Shown here one piece after another: positions 1-14,000 of a stretch of 64,000 nucleotides of DNA (position 1 is the first letter of the stretch; the number at the start of each line of letters is the position of its first letter). Made by a program: the position numbers and the translations under genes. The stretch covers positions 1 through 64,000 of the forward strand of contig NW_026865890.1 in NCBI RefSeq assembly GCF_026571515.1, read 5' to 3'. Source of the stretch: Ruditapes philippinarum (lineage: Eukaryota). The notes below the pieces were generated by a model. The model saw only the letters and a list, made by a program, of their open reading frames with translations, had not been told where the DNA came from and made no database searches.

Positions 1-2096
1 AAGTATTGTAGATATAACTGCTGCTACCTGACAGATACAATATATTAAACAACATAAACTTGTTTCTTTGAATGTACCGGTATACCGAAATCTGGACAAC
101 ACATTTTCAGAGAAGAATATTTCAAGTTGTTTTCACAAACAGTAATAAAACTTTTTAAAGAAAGACATTTATTATCTATTTTGATACCATAGCAACCGAA
201 AGCATGTGAGTGATTCCTGAACCTATTAAATAATGATACATATGGGGGCCACTTAAGAAAACTTCTAAGCAATTAAAGAGCATAATTATAGATAATAAGA
301 TACACTGATAATTGCTGGATGTCATTTTCCATGTTATAATTTTCATCTCAACTAAGAGTTTCAAATTATTCTTAAGTAAAAGTAAGAAGTAAAATAATTA
401 TAACAATTACTTTAACCACCTGAAGCTACTAAAAGGCTCGTGCTGAAATATCAAAGGCCAATCTAGGCAAGTTTTTAATTTTTAGACATACGAATCATAT
501 ATAATTATTTATCTTCTATTAAGTTTTATTTCAGTCACATGTAAAAGCCATGTGTTTTGTGAGTGCCGTTGCGACCCTGTGAGCATCAATTAAAGAGAAA
601 GTTGATCAATAAAGTTGAAACAGCAGAATCTTTCAAGGTTGTAAAAAATCTGGAAAAGGGGAGGTAAATCCATAAAACCGTGCTGAATGGCTTGTAAATA
701 ATGTAGTTGTAACAGATGGAGCTTAAAAGTTAACTTTGTTGTAATAAAACAAGAGTATGGGAACCCATTCTTTATATGCTGCTGCTCCTCATTGGTCATT
801 TTTAGAATTAAATTCGATATAAAAATCAACCAGTAAGGATGAAAGAACTTTAGACTGGTATACAAACTTATATTCAACTGGTACAATTAATATGAGGTTA
901 TGCATTGTATTAGATGTTTTGTAAGAATCTCACTTTTGTTTTAAAGTAACAATAACATAAAATAAATAATCTTTGCCTTTGTAAATAATTGGCACTACAC
1001 ATAGAAACATCTCAAAATATTTCTTTTTATTTACATAACCTTGCTGAATTTGTATGAAAATATGAAGTTCATTCTCCAATTAACAAGTTTTATTCTAAGG
1101 GTTTTCAGGGGCACTTAAATTTACAGGCTGAAAATACTACCGATTCTAAAACAGCAATTTTAACTGATGATGATGTATTTCCAATCTGTAATAAATAAAA
1201 AAGCCAGTATTATATAAGAAGAATTTTATATCTATTTCCATTCTAACACATCAAGAAAAAAAAAAATATATTAATTATCATATAGTTGGACTTTTATATT
1301 GGTGGTTTAATTTATTTTCGCCTCAGAGTTTCCAATAAAAAAAGTTCTTTAAAGCTGGTTTCAGTGGTTGAAAAAACTGTCGTAAATCTACCGTTGTAAA
1401 CAAACATTAATGAGAATAACAAATTTTTTAAAAACGTTGATTAAACTTTGTTTTTGCTTATTATATTTCAGCTTATATTTTCAAAGTGAAATAAAAGTAA
1501 ATAATAGCAAAAAAATCTGAAATTTAATTTAGACTGTTTGCAATTGAAATAGCCCCTTCTCGATGAATGATTCATTTTTTGCGATTGTGGTTGTTTGGCA
1601 TATATTTAAATTATTTCAAAAACAGCAGCAACTTAACGTCTGTACAGCGTTAACGACTGAATTAAAGATACTGGTGTTGGGATTTCATTTTCCTTAAGAC
1701 CATTTTTCTTTCATTCTAGATAGTTTTTCACAACAAAATTTCAAATCAAAAAAAATTGTTTTTTATTTTTCAGATTTTTCAAACAAAATGGTGGCAGTGT
1801 CAATGTGTCGGTTTAAAAATATTACACAGGGAAGTAATAAGAATGGCCAGTGCATTGGTTGTAGCAATAATGCACACATTTCCGGCCAACCTTGTGTTTA
1901 AATAACAGAAATCAATTTGAGTAAGTTTTAGAAATTTTAATATTACTGCTGCTGAAAATCAACCAAGAAAACTGATTTGAACAAGAAATTTTTCTGCTGT
2001 AAATGGTGATAAATATTGCAAATTAGTCCCCTAATTGCAAATTACTAGAATCTTAAATAACCGGGGAAAGCATGCAGCTTTAAAGACGGCACATAC

Positions 2097-5000
2097 CTGC
2101 TGTTTAGATGGTGAAGGAGAGGACTGAACGCCCTGGTCCGGTAAAGCTGGCCCCGGCTGACGCTGACTTCCCGCAGTTTTAAAGAACAATGGTTCTGAAG
2201 TTGGAACCCGCAGGTATTTTGGTGAATTGGCTCGTCTTTGAATTTTAACACTTTTACGCCCGTACTGCTCTGCCTGCTTTCTGGCATTATGGCCTGAAAA
2301 ATGAAAAAAAAATATCATAAATAACAAAAATTCATTTCAAAAGCCATCAATAAAAAAACCCAATATGGCTGAGTTGAGTGCGCCATATGATATTATTCTA
2401 TGACTAAAAAGACCTTCATTAAAACACATAACTGTTTTTCGCATTCTAGCTAAATTTAATGAGTGTCACAGGTTTTATGCAAGTAATGAATGCATGTAGT
2501 GACTTTATTAAGTGGCATACAAATGCCTACCCTCTTCTTTGTCATAAAAAATTTAATTTAGTATACTGTACTACGATCATAACTGAATTTGTGGCCTTTA
2601 TGATGGAAAGTGTAGAAAATCTATTACATGCAAATAGTGACCTTGACCTTGATTCAGTCTAACTGGAAATCCCAAAGGAAGAGGTCCAATCCAAGGGAAC
2701 CAACACCAGTCAATATTTAAAAATTCTAAGTCACAAAATCAAGGAGCTAAAAGAACAACAGAAATGTTTAAAACAAAGATGAATATAAACACGAATGAAG
2801 TGTAAACCTTCAAACTCAAGGTCGCTCGCCAATTTGGGGCAAAACCAAAATGCGACAAAAATATTAAATTCTGGATCATAAAATTTTCAATTGGTGAATT
2901 TAACTGGCGCCATCATAAGATAAAAATTTGCAGCAACTGGTACACTTAAATATCATAGCGGCCACATATATTACATAAGCGGCCCAAATGTGAAAGGTCA
3001 TGCACGATTAGTTTGTTTATCAAACTGTATCATCAAATTGTAAACTTCATGACCATGTTGAGGTGAAAGTGACAATGTGTTAATTGGAACAAATTAAACA
3101 TTTAAATTCTCCGCCTTAGTTGAACTATATGCTCCTTTCAAAAAAAACAAGTAAGTTAGAAATATACCTGTATAGCAACATTTTGTCTGTTAGATTTCCT
3201 CTCTGGACTGGGTGCAGTGCTCATCAAGGAAGTTGTATGATTTGAGTGTGTGTTTGGTACAGACAGGGTCACAGTCTTTGTTATCTTATTTGTAGGGGGT
3301 GGGGTAGGGGAACTAAACTGTAAACTTCCTGCTGTGCTCCTCTTAACAGATAATTGAACACTAAAAATAAACAAATTCAAGTATAAGTCATGTATACATG
3401 CTATATGCCTTTTCATATTGTCTCAGGTTACTGTACATTTAGGTTCTTGTTGACCACCATACAGTGACCTACTTTGGCTCTAATTTATATCTTTAACTAA
3501 TATTCTGTGGAAATTGCATAGAAGTAAATTATAACCACTTTGTGCTTCCAATTTTACCCTTTAAGGGCATGATAGGTGATATGTCCGGGGTACATACTTG
3601 ACCGGGAAAGCTGTGAAAGATATGTCATATTGGATCATGTATCTCACACTTTCCAACAAAATCCATTTATCTAATTCTTTCATTTGTCTATTGTGTCATA
3701 TGATATAAAATACTCAATTATATTTTTGGTATAGCACACTTTCCATTAAAGACCGATTCACTTTAAAGAAAATCTACAAAATACTGTTAAAATACATTGT
3801 AAGAATATTATCAAGAAACCTTGGTTGTTCTTCCTTTATCCAATGACCGTGCTCCAGTAATCTATGGCATCTCAAGCGCACCTCTATATCTGACGCAAGA
3901 CCCTCTGCTGGCAGCTTACTGTAACTCCACCCACTATAATTAAAGATAATGAAAGTGTATTTACTATAATATTACACAGCATACAGCCTAAATAATCCAA
4001 ATGATAAACAAATCAGTATGTCTGAAGGCTTTGTTTAATTTAAAGAGGTTTACTGTTTTTATTCACCATTATATAACATGCATGCATGAAATCTTGCCGA
4101 TTGTACTGAAACAAAAATGGGATTGTGGGAATCAGTAACTTGACCATGATGGAACCAATAGTGCAAGAAATCCATGAAAAAAATAGGTAGGGCATATTGT
4201 GCATCTGTTGTGAAAAGTATGAAACTTGGCGATAAAATTCTCTTCATTTAAGCCTTTGATTGAGATTTTGCAAATCCAGTATGGCCACCAAAATCCAAGA
4301 TGGCTACCATAAATAAAGGAATAGTGAAATGGTCACTTGATAAAGGGGTGGGAGTTGGGGAGAGGGGGATTTAGAATCACATCATACAGTGGAATATTTG
4401 AACACACATAAAATAAGATTTTTCATATATGTTCAAAGTTATTAGTGGATTTTAGTTAGAATTAAAAAGATAAAGGAAGGGATTGAACATACTTTAACCA
4501 TATCATTGTTATATAATAACCCAGTCATTGTATAATAACCATGTTATATAAGACAGGAATAACTCATGTCCAACACTGATGTATATTAAATTAACACAAT
4601 ATCCGGCATATTTCGTAATACTACAGTAGCAACATCTCTCATTTAAATGTGAAAGGAAACAGGTAGGACGGGATGAAGGCAAGACTCAGGAAATCAATTA
4701 TGTAACAATGTGTAACCTCACATATACCTTTTATCGCTAAAATGGGGTAACAAACAACTAACCAACACCGGCATTACTCTGTACCAATGGCTAACCAGAT
4801 CATGTCATTTTTTTTTTACAGCAACATCTTTATAACTATCAATGTGGTGATTCAAATTCAAAGTTGATGTTTTCTTAACTTACAAATTAAAAGACTGGAC
4901 ACTAACTCATCTAAACTTGCAAATCTGAGGCACAAAGACAAGATAGAATCTCATCTAAACTTATAAATCTGAGGCACAAAGACAGGACAGTATCTCATCT

Positions 5001-8000
5001 AAACTTACAAATCTGAGGCACAAAGACAGGACAGTATCTCATCTAAACTTACAAATCTGAGGCACAAAGACAGGAGAGAATCTCATCTAAACTTATAAAT
5101 CTGAGGCACAAAGACAGGACAGTATCTCATCTAAACTTACAAATCTGAGGCACAAAGACAGGACAGTATCTCATCTAAACTTACAAATCTGAGGCACAAA
5201 GACAGGACAGTATCTCATTTAAACTTACAAATCTGAGGGACACAGACAGGACAGTATCTCATCTAAACTTACAAATCTGAGGCACAAAGACAGGACAGTA
5301 TCTCATCTAAACTTACAAATCTGAGGCACAAAGACAGGACAGTATCGTATCTCATCTAAACTTACAAATCTGAGGCACAAAGACAGGACAGTATCTCATC
5401 TAAACTTACAAATCTGAGGCACAAAGACAGGACAGTATCTCATCTAAACTTACAAATCTGAGGCACAAAGACAGGACAGTATCGTATCTCATCTAAACTT
5501 ACAAATCTGAGGCACAAAGACAGGACAGTATCTCATCTAAACTTACAAATCTGAGGCACAAAGACAGGACAGTATCTCATCTAAACTTACAAATCTGAGG
5601 CACAAAGACAGGACAGTATCTCATCTAAACTTACAAATCTGAGGCACAAAGACAGGACAGTATCTCATCTAAAACTTACAAATCTGAGGCACAAAGACAG
5701 GACAGTATCTCATCTAAACTTACAAATCTGAGGCACAAAGACAGGACAGTATCTCATCTAAACTTACAAATCTGAGGCACAAAGACAGGACAGTATCGTA
5801 TCTCATCTAAACTTACAAATCTGAGGCACAAAGACAGGACAGTATCTCATCTAAACTTACAAATCTGAGGCACAAAGACAGGACAGTATCTCATCTAAAC
5901 TTACAAATCTGAGGCACAAAGACAGGACAGTATCTCATCTAAACTTACAAAATCTGAGGCACAAAGACAGGACAGTATCTCATCTAAACTTACAAATCTG
6001 AGGCACAAAGACAGGACAGTATCTCATCTAAACTTACAAATCTGAGGCACAAAGACAGGACAGTATCTCATCTAAACTTACAAATCTGAGGCACAAAGAC
6101 AGGACAGTATCTCATCTAAACTTACAAATCTGAGGCACAAAGACAGGACAGTATCTCATCTAAACTTACAAATCTGAGGCACAAAGACAGGACAGTATCT
6201 CATCTAAACTTACAAATCTGAGGCACAAAGACAGGACAGTATCTCATCTAAACTTATAAATCTGAGGCTCAAAGACAGGACAGTATCTCATCTAAACTTA
6301 CAAATCTGAGGCACAAAGACAGGACAGTATCTCATCTAAAACTTATCAATCTGAGGCACAAAGACAGGACAGTATCTCATCTAAACTTATCAATCTGAGG
6401 CACAAAGACAGGACAGTATCTCATCTAAACTTACAAATCTGAGGCACAAAGACAGGACAGTATCTCATCTAAACTTACAAATCTGAGGCACAAAGACAGG
6501 ACAGTATCTCATCTAAACTTACAAATCTGAGGCTCAAAGACAGGACAGTATCTCATCTAAACTTATAAATCTGAGGCACAAAGACAGGACAGTATCTCAT
6601 CTAAACTTACAAATCTGAGGCACAAAGACAGGACAGTATCTCATCTAAACTTACAAATCTGAGGCACAAAGACAGGACAGTATCTCATCTAAACTTATAA
6701 ATCTGAGGCACAAAGACAGGACAGTATCTCATCTAAACTTATAAATCTGAGGCTCAAAGACAGGACAGTATCTCATCTAAACTTATAAAATCTGAGGCTC
6801 AAAGACAGGATAGTATCTCATCTAAATCTGAGGCAAGCTAACAGGACACTATCTTTTTCTAGACTCAAAAATCATTATTATATTTAGACAAGTAGAAATT
6901 ATAGCACAAAAACAGAATTGGCAAGTACAGAAATTAATAATAATAAATATGTATGGACCAGCTCTTGTTCTTTAAAGACTGAATTGGTGATCAAGTTAGA
7001 CATGAACTTTCTGTATGATACTGAAAGTAATAGTTTGTAACCTTTAGGTGATAATATCAATATCTTATGTACACATAAATCGACTTTTTAAATCAAGTAG
7101 CCACATGCTGTTGAGTAACAATGTAAAATGTAATTGTAACCACACAGGAAGTCTAAAAGTGCCGATGGCCTTATGGCTTAATGTTTTCTCAACAAAGTTA
7201 TATAAACCTTGTAACCAAATAGACATAAGTAAAGTACTTATATACTTGAATTACATAAAGGTTTAAAAACAATATAAAGCAAATTACTACCAAATTTTTA
7301 GTTCAGTCAAACCTGTGATTTTAAAGCAACTTTCAAGTCACTACCTATTCCTTAAGACCAGTATCTTATTTTCCTGGATGAATTTTATTTGTAGTAATTT
7401 TAACCTGGACTGACAGACCACTTGAAAACAAAGACCATCTTACAAGGAAAGCAGGGGCCTAGTGGTGAAGGTGTATAACTCTCAAATATTCAATACGATA
7501 TTATGCTTCAAAAAGATAAAATATGCGATTGCATATTGCATTGATACAATATTACAGAAAATATTGTTATACAAAGTTTTGGTACTGTGTGACATAACAC
7601 TCTGTGCTGCATCGGAATATACATCAATCAGATTATCAGAATATTGTTACACCATTAATTTGGTGGTATTGGCAAAACAGTGCCTTTACAATCATTCAAA
7701 ATTTTTTAAAAGGATAGTACATGTAATTGAAAATTTGTTCACCTTTGAGCTTTTTCTATTGGTTGAAAACATCTCAACTCTGCATCTTCTGGTAATGGCA
7801 AATCTTCATCTGAAAAAAAAAAGATAGATTGTAAGTTGTGCCCTTTTGGTTAGCTGCTTCTAAAAACAGGGTTCAAGATTAGAAAGAAATTTTCTGAGCT
7901 CAAATTCAGATCTTAAGCATTTGATTGGTCAGAATCTGCAGCATAATGTTCACTAACCAACGAAAATCTGGAGATTTGAGACAGAACTAAGAAAAAAAAA

Positions 8001-11000
8001 ACATTTATAACCTCCAGACCAGATATTGTGAGTTTGAGTAACCACCTCTCATGAACAGACTCAAAATAATCCAAGCTGCAATTGTTAACTTATTGTTCTC
8101 CAAGGAACTCCTGATTTTTCAGATTTTCATGTATTAGTAATACATGTAATGGAAGTTCCAGGGAGCAAGGGAGCATACTCAATCATGTTTTATGTAACTT
8201 TTTCAAGATACATATGCGTAATCTAGAGAAAAGACGGGGAGCTGTGGCCTAGTGATTTATGTGTGTTCCTCCCAACCCATGAATTGTAAATTTGAGCCCC
8301 ACAGTGTACACGGCCATATTTCCTCTCCTGTACTGATAAGTTTCAGGAAGTGGTCTTAAGAGTGGTTCAAAGCTTCAAGTTTTCATCATAATCAAACTGT
8401 TTACACTTAAGAGAAAAGAAAATAGAACATATACAAACAGACATATATTGTATTTCCAATAGGATTAAATAAAACTAAAGGATGCTCTCCAAGTGCTAGA
8501 AGGTGCCAGATATTAAAATATTCAAACTTTGTAACATAGGGTATTGTCAATGTAATTTTTTTTATAAGTATTTCCTCTTGATAAGTTTTCAGTCACATCA
8601 ACAATGTGAAAAGCATAATTATGGCAACCTTCAAGATTTGATGGTGGAGGAAGACCTCAGGTGTCCCTCCATATATTATGTTAGGCAAAAGCAAGCACAT
8701 GAGTAGAGCCACAGACCTTCTGTAAGCTAGCTGGATAACTTTTTCACATGAAAAAATTCGAAGTCCCTGACAGGTAAAAGTCAATAACAACAATACTAAA
8801 TACATTTTCATTTTATCTGAAACAAAATAAATATAAAACTTACATTTAGACAAATCTTGCTCCCCATCTTTTATCTGCCAGTCTTGAATACTATTTAATA
8901 CTTTACACAAGTTGCTCCATAACCTAAAATATGGAAATATTTCTACATATATTTATGTTGTTTTTTTCCTTATATTTTGACACATGTACATAGAAAATTG
9001 GCCATAACCCTAAAAATATTTCATAAATTCAAATTAATGTGAAGTTAATCATTTAAATCTCAATTTACAATGTAAAGGATAAAAGATATTTAGCACTTGT
9101 GATTTTAATATACATGTATTGCGCTATAAAGTGAATTGGTCTACCATGGGCACATTTTTAAGACGTATTTCAAATAATGTTTAAAACAATATAATTTTTT
9201 TGTTATTAATACAAAGTATGTCTTGAAATCTAGCTCTAAGTGATTCAGTATGAACATTTATGTGATAAAAAATAATATTTGTTCTGTTACTATTATCTAC
9301 TAAATGTATAATTATCTATTACAATTTCCACTACTCATTACCAATTATTCTGTATATTTGCAACACTTGTAAAACATTGAAACAGATATTCCTTTTTACT
9401 TTGCTTGTATTTGGCAATAAAGATGATATGCATATGACTTATACCATCAAAAATATGATTTCAAAATCATCTTAGTAATTAAGAGAACATAAACTAAATT
9501 GTAGAAAGAACCAAGTTCAATATAAAATGTCTGACCATTTCAGACAAAATATCAACCATTGTACTAAGTGATGTTTATCAGATAAAACAAACAAATAAAA
9601 CAAGTATTTTTTTAGGGAAAGGAATTTTCTATAAATCCTTTATCACCTGGTTGCCATGTGACCACTCCAAACATCTGCGCCATCTAATTATGGTCTGCAC
9701 TATTTGTTATTCAGTCAATGATATTTAATATGAAATTTTCCCTAACAATGATGAATGGTTGAGTCCAGATTTAAAGATGGACAAGTCCATTTATGATATT
9801 AAGTGTCTGAAGGGTTAAAAATTAAATCAGAGTTTGACAGGAAATAAATACATACGTAGAGTTTCTCAGTATAGGATGATCGAAGTTTTGAGGATTCAGT
9901 TTAAGCCAGTCTAATAGAAGTTTGACAGCAGGTAGAGTAAAATAGTCACACACTTTATGTTCTTGTTTAGGTGTATACTGTAGAAGAATATCCATCATGT
10001 TCACTGAAATGATAACATATGCATGATAACTTTGTTCCTTATTTATTTTCTTTTTTTAGGGGTTGAGTTGGGTTTCACGTCACACCAACACAGTATAGGT
10101 CGTATGGCGACTTCCCAGCTTTACTGGTGGAGGAAGATCCCAGGTTTCCTTCAGCACAATTGCTATGTTCATTATATGACTAACAATACCCTGTGTTGTG
10201 ATTGACAGCCTATAGTAAGTGACATTCACCAGGAATATAAACAATTAAAGCTACATTGTAGTAAGAGTTTCATAAACACTCCATATAATATTCTTAATTT
10301 TTGTCGGTTAGAAGCGTAATGGCAAAAAAATATGAATTTTTTACCTGTCAGTGGATTAAAATATATGAATCAGATATTTCACCTTTTTTTTATACAAAAT
10401 CATCATTTTTATTTAATAATGAAATTAATTATCATTTTACATGTATATTTTACCTGTCAATTTAAAAACCAGATTAAAGCATCTTTCCTCATCGTCTGTT
10501 AGTTCTGTATCCCCATTAGTCATCCCTGATTCTGGAGAACTTTCTGGCATGTGTTGCACGTGATTCATTGCAAAGATGTTGATTGCCACGATATGCACGA
10601 GTACTTGCCATGGGAAACTTTGTGAGGTCACATGGGCTGGAAGACCTGCGGCCAATTTATCAGAAAGTTCTTCTGCTTTTATCAGATCTGAAAACATTAA
10701 AATAATACTATAGAATAACACATTAAGATTTAAAAATTTTATGTCCCTAAATAAACTTGTGCACGATACTTTCAAAAGACTGGCTGAATAAATGAATTTA
10801 AAGCATGCCCAAGGCTCGCATAATATGATTATAATCAACTCATTGGTTTAAACATATTTATTCAACAAAACATTTAACAAGTGAACAATATTTACAAAGT
10901 ACATTTTGGGATTGGGCAGAAAGCTATAAAGCTTATGAATGTCAACTCATTCAATAAATTTAGTATTAAATCTACACTCATTTAATATCCTCTATTTATA

Positions 11001-14000
11001 TTAAATGCTACATCTATAAGCTACATTACCACTAACCTGTACAAAGATGAACTAGGGCATGGAACTGTAGGAAGCCTGTGATCATTTCACTAGCAGATAA
11101 CTTCCCTTTGAAATCTGGACTGTAATGTAAATAATAGTTTTAACAATCATATATGTACATTGTATTTATTTGAAATGACTCTGCTGAAGTTTTTTTACAT
11201 GACAAGACTGAAATTAACTTGAATAAATTTTTCATCTTTTGTGAACCATAAAGATGTAGGTCTTGACCAAAATTGATCATTCCATCAATTCAATTTTCCA
11301 GAATTATTTTTCTACTTTTTTTTATAAGAAAATGTCTGTAATACAATAAATTTCTTACAAAATATTACAGATATGTCTTGCTTTCAATTTAAAAATTGTT
11401 TGTTGTTAATTTTCTTGAATTTAACGATCAAAAGAACAATAACTTACATCGGTAGTGGCCAAATTTTGGAATATACTGTTACAATTTGTATTTGAAATGA
11501 GTAAAAAATGTTGCAATAAATGAAAAAGAAACAACAATGGTGTAGTGTTAAAAGTCACCTACGTTTCTTTTGTAAGTTTTGCATAGAGTTTTTCAAGATT
11601 GGTAGCCGCAACAGGAAATGGCACTTTAACAGCTAGACTGCGTATATAATAGAACACTGTAGAGAGTTTGTTCCCTTTAGCAGCCTCTAATATAGCTAAC
11701 TGATTGTAAGGTTGACCTGTAGAAAAGAGAAAAACATGCATAAATATATACAATATATATAAGATTGGTTAATATATACTGTATAACAAGAATAATTGTT
11801 TGGGGATCTTTCTTTTGTAATCTCAGGGAATCTGTTTTTATTTTTGCTTATGATACAAAAGAGAAGGAGCATCAAAACAATTGGCAATCTGATTTATGCA
11901 CCCCCCCCCCCCACACACACACTCGTACAAATCAGATAACCTAATGTTTTGATGCTCTTTCAATTACTTGTAGACTAATGAGGCCCTAACAATTTTCAGT
12001 TTCGTGTTCACTCTTAAAAAAATTACTACCTTGGAAGGTAACCAACTAATTCTCAATGGACAATATATCATCACCTAGGTACATTAATGATCACATTCTA
12101 AATAAAATATCAGCAATTGCTTTACTGAAGTAACAATATTTTAGAGGCCAGAAAATGACAGACAAAACTTTTTATTTTGGTAGCCTCATAATGAAAAAAA
12201 ACTTAATTCTGCTGCCGTTCACCACAGTTGTAATTTAGTGGTGTAAAAATGTGGTCTTATTAAAATGCTTACTTATTCATTTTATACCTGTATTAAGCTA
12301 TTCTTATTAACAGTTGTGTTGTTTTTGTCTTTCCTTATATATGTACAGCTTTAAGTCACACAAATACTATAAAGGTTGTATGGCAAATTTCTCACTTAGA
12401 TGGTGAAGGACGACTCTAAAACCTGCACCTGAATAGAACAACCAATATTCCATAAGCTAGCTTGACGTTGATGTCTACCTGGTGGATATTGTCGAGTAAC
12501 CCAGTTGAAGTTGAAGAATCCAACCATGCCAGTTCAAAAGGCACAAAATTGACTTCACTATTAACCAGTATCAATATGAGCAACTTACCATTAAATGGTA
12601 CAAGGTATGCAGCATGCCAGTAGTAGGTTTGAGCCTGATCTATCTGCTGTCTATACCTTGCTGTAAACAAACAAATAAATAACATTGGTCATGGACATTT
12701 TATTGTAACTACACTACAGCCCGGATGTAATGCTCATTTTGGGGTCCAAGGTCTCAACACTGCATTATAATGAAGTTACGATCATCGTGAAATTGACACA
12801 TTACTGCAACCACCTCCGATTCATATAACAATTATCATTCAATAAATGTCAACATTATAACAGGGTGGCAGACTGGCAGTGTATTAAAATATTAGGGCAG
12901 CACATCTCAGAACGTATGTTTATTTTATGAAAACTTACATGTGGGCCCAATGAGAGAAAATGCTGTCATACTTACAAATAAAATGATTTTTACCTTACCT
13001 TTCGGCAGCATCCATAGAAATTACTTAAAATTTATCATAATAAACTGAAATTTCGGTTACTACAGTCATAATAAGGTAGAATTTTAATAATAAGAAATGT
13101 AAATTCTGTTTACATGTATATTGTATATTTCATTTTATAGTTACACCTGGATTGTAAATACTTCTTCAAATATAGATATATATTTTATTTTATTCACCTG
13201 TAGGAGTGCTGTTTTAATATAAACATCAATAAGTAATGAATATTTTACCTATATCTCCAAGGTGTACCAAACAATGCTGGCACACATATAAACAGGAACT
13301 CTTCTTTGGTGGAGTTACTTTTAGTTTCATTGGTGTCCTCTCTATAAAAATAAAATCATAATTTTTTTATACAAATTTTTCATATTAAGATATAACATGC
13401 TCATGTCATAAGCAAAACTGTGTGTTACTTTAGCATAATATGAGCCGTATCACGACAAAACCAACATAATGGCTTTGCAACCAGCATGGATCCAGACCAG
13501 CCTGCGAATCCGCGCTGTCTGATCAGGATCCATGCTGTTCGCTTACAAACTCTGTAACAAGTAGAGAAACTGATAGCGAACAGAATGGATCCTGATCTGA
13601 CTGTGCGATGCGCAGGCTGGTCTGGATCCATGCTGGTCACAAAGCCATTATGTTGGTTTTGTCGTAACAGGGCTCAATTATATATCTTCACCTTAATGCA
13701 GTAACAGGTTAACTCCTTATATCAATAAATGGGATATAATCCTTAACTGCATTAAGGTGATGATATAAGACCAGGAAACGGCAATAATAATATTAAATGA
13801 GTTAAAGTGTACTGAAATTGTTTCAATGCTATCATTAAGAAGAGATTTATACTAAAGGTTCATTGTTTTGTATCCATGTACGATGTTTAATATGTGCACA
13901 ATGAAAACAGAACTGGCACTCATGTTTCAAAAGAAATGTTCAATCTATTGAAAAGAAGTAAAACTAGATCAGTGTGAGCAGATGTTAGTACGTGCAGTGT

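Noticed and set aside
590-886. 98-aa minus-strand ORF as a further SMG7 exon
   Set aside because: Could be a garbled exon, but no clean splice sites or recognisable SMG7 similarity. A possible acceptor at 28-29 likewise could not be verified.
4906-6850. CRISPR-like array
   Set aside because: Units are contiguous with no unique spacers, there are no cas genes, and the context is a eukaryotic intron.
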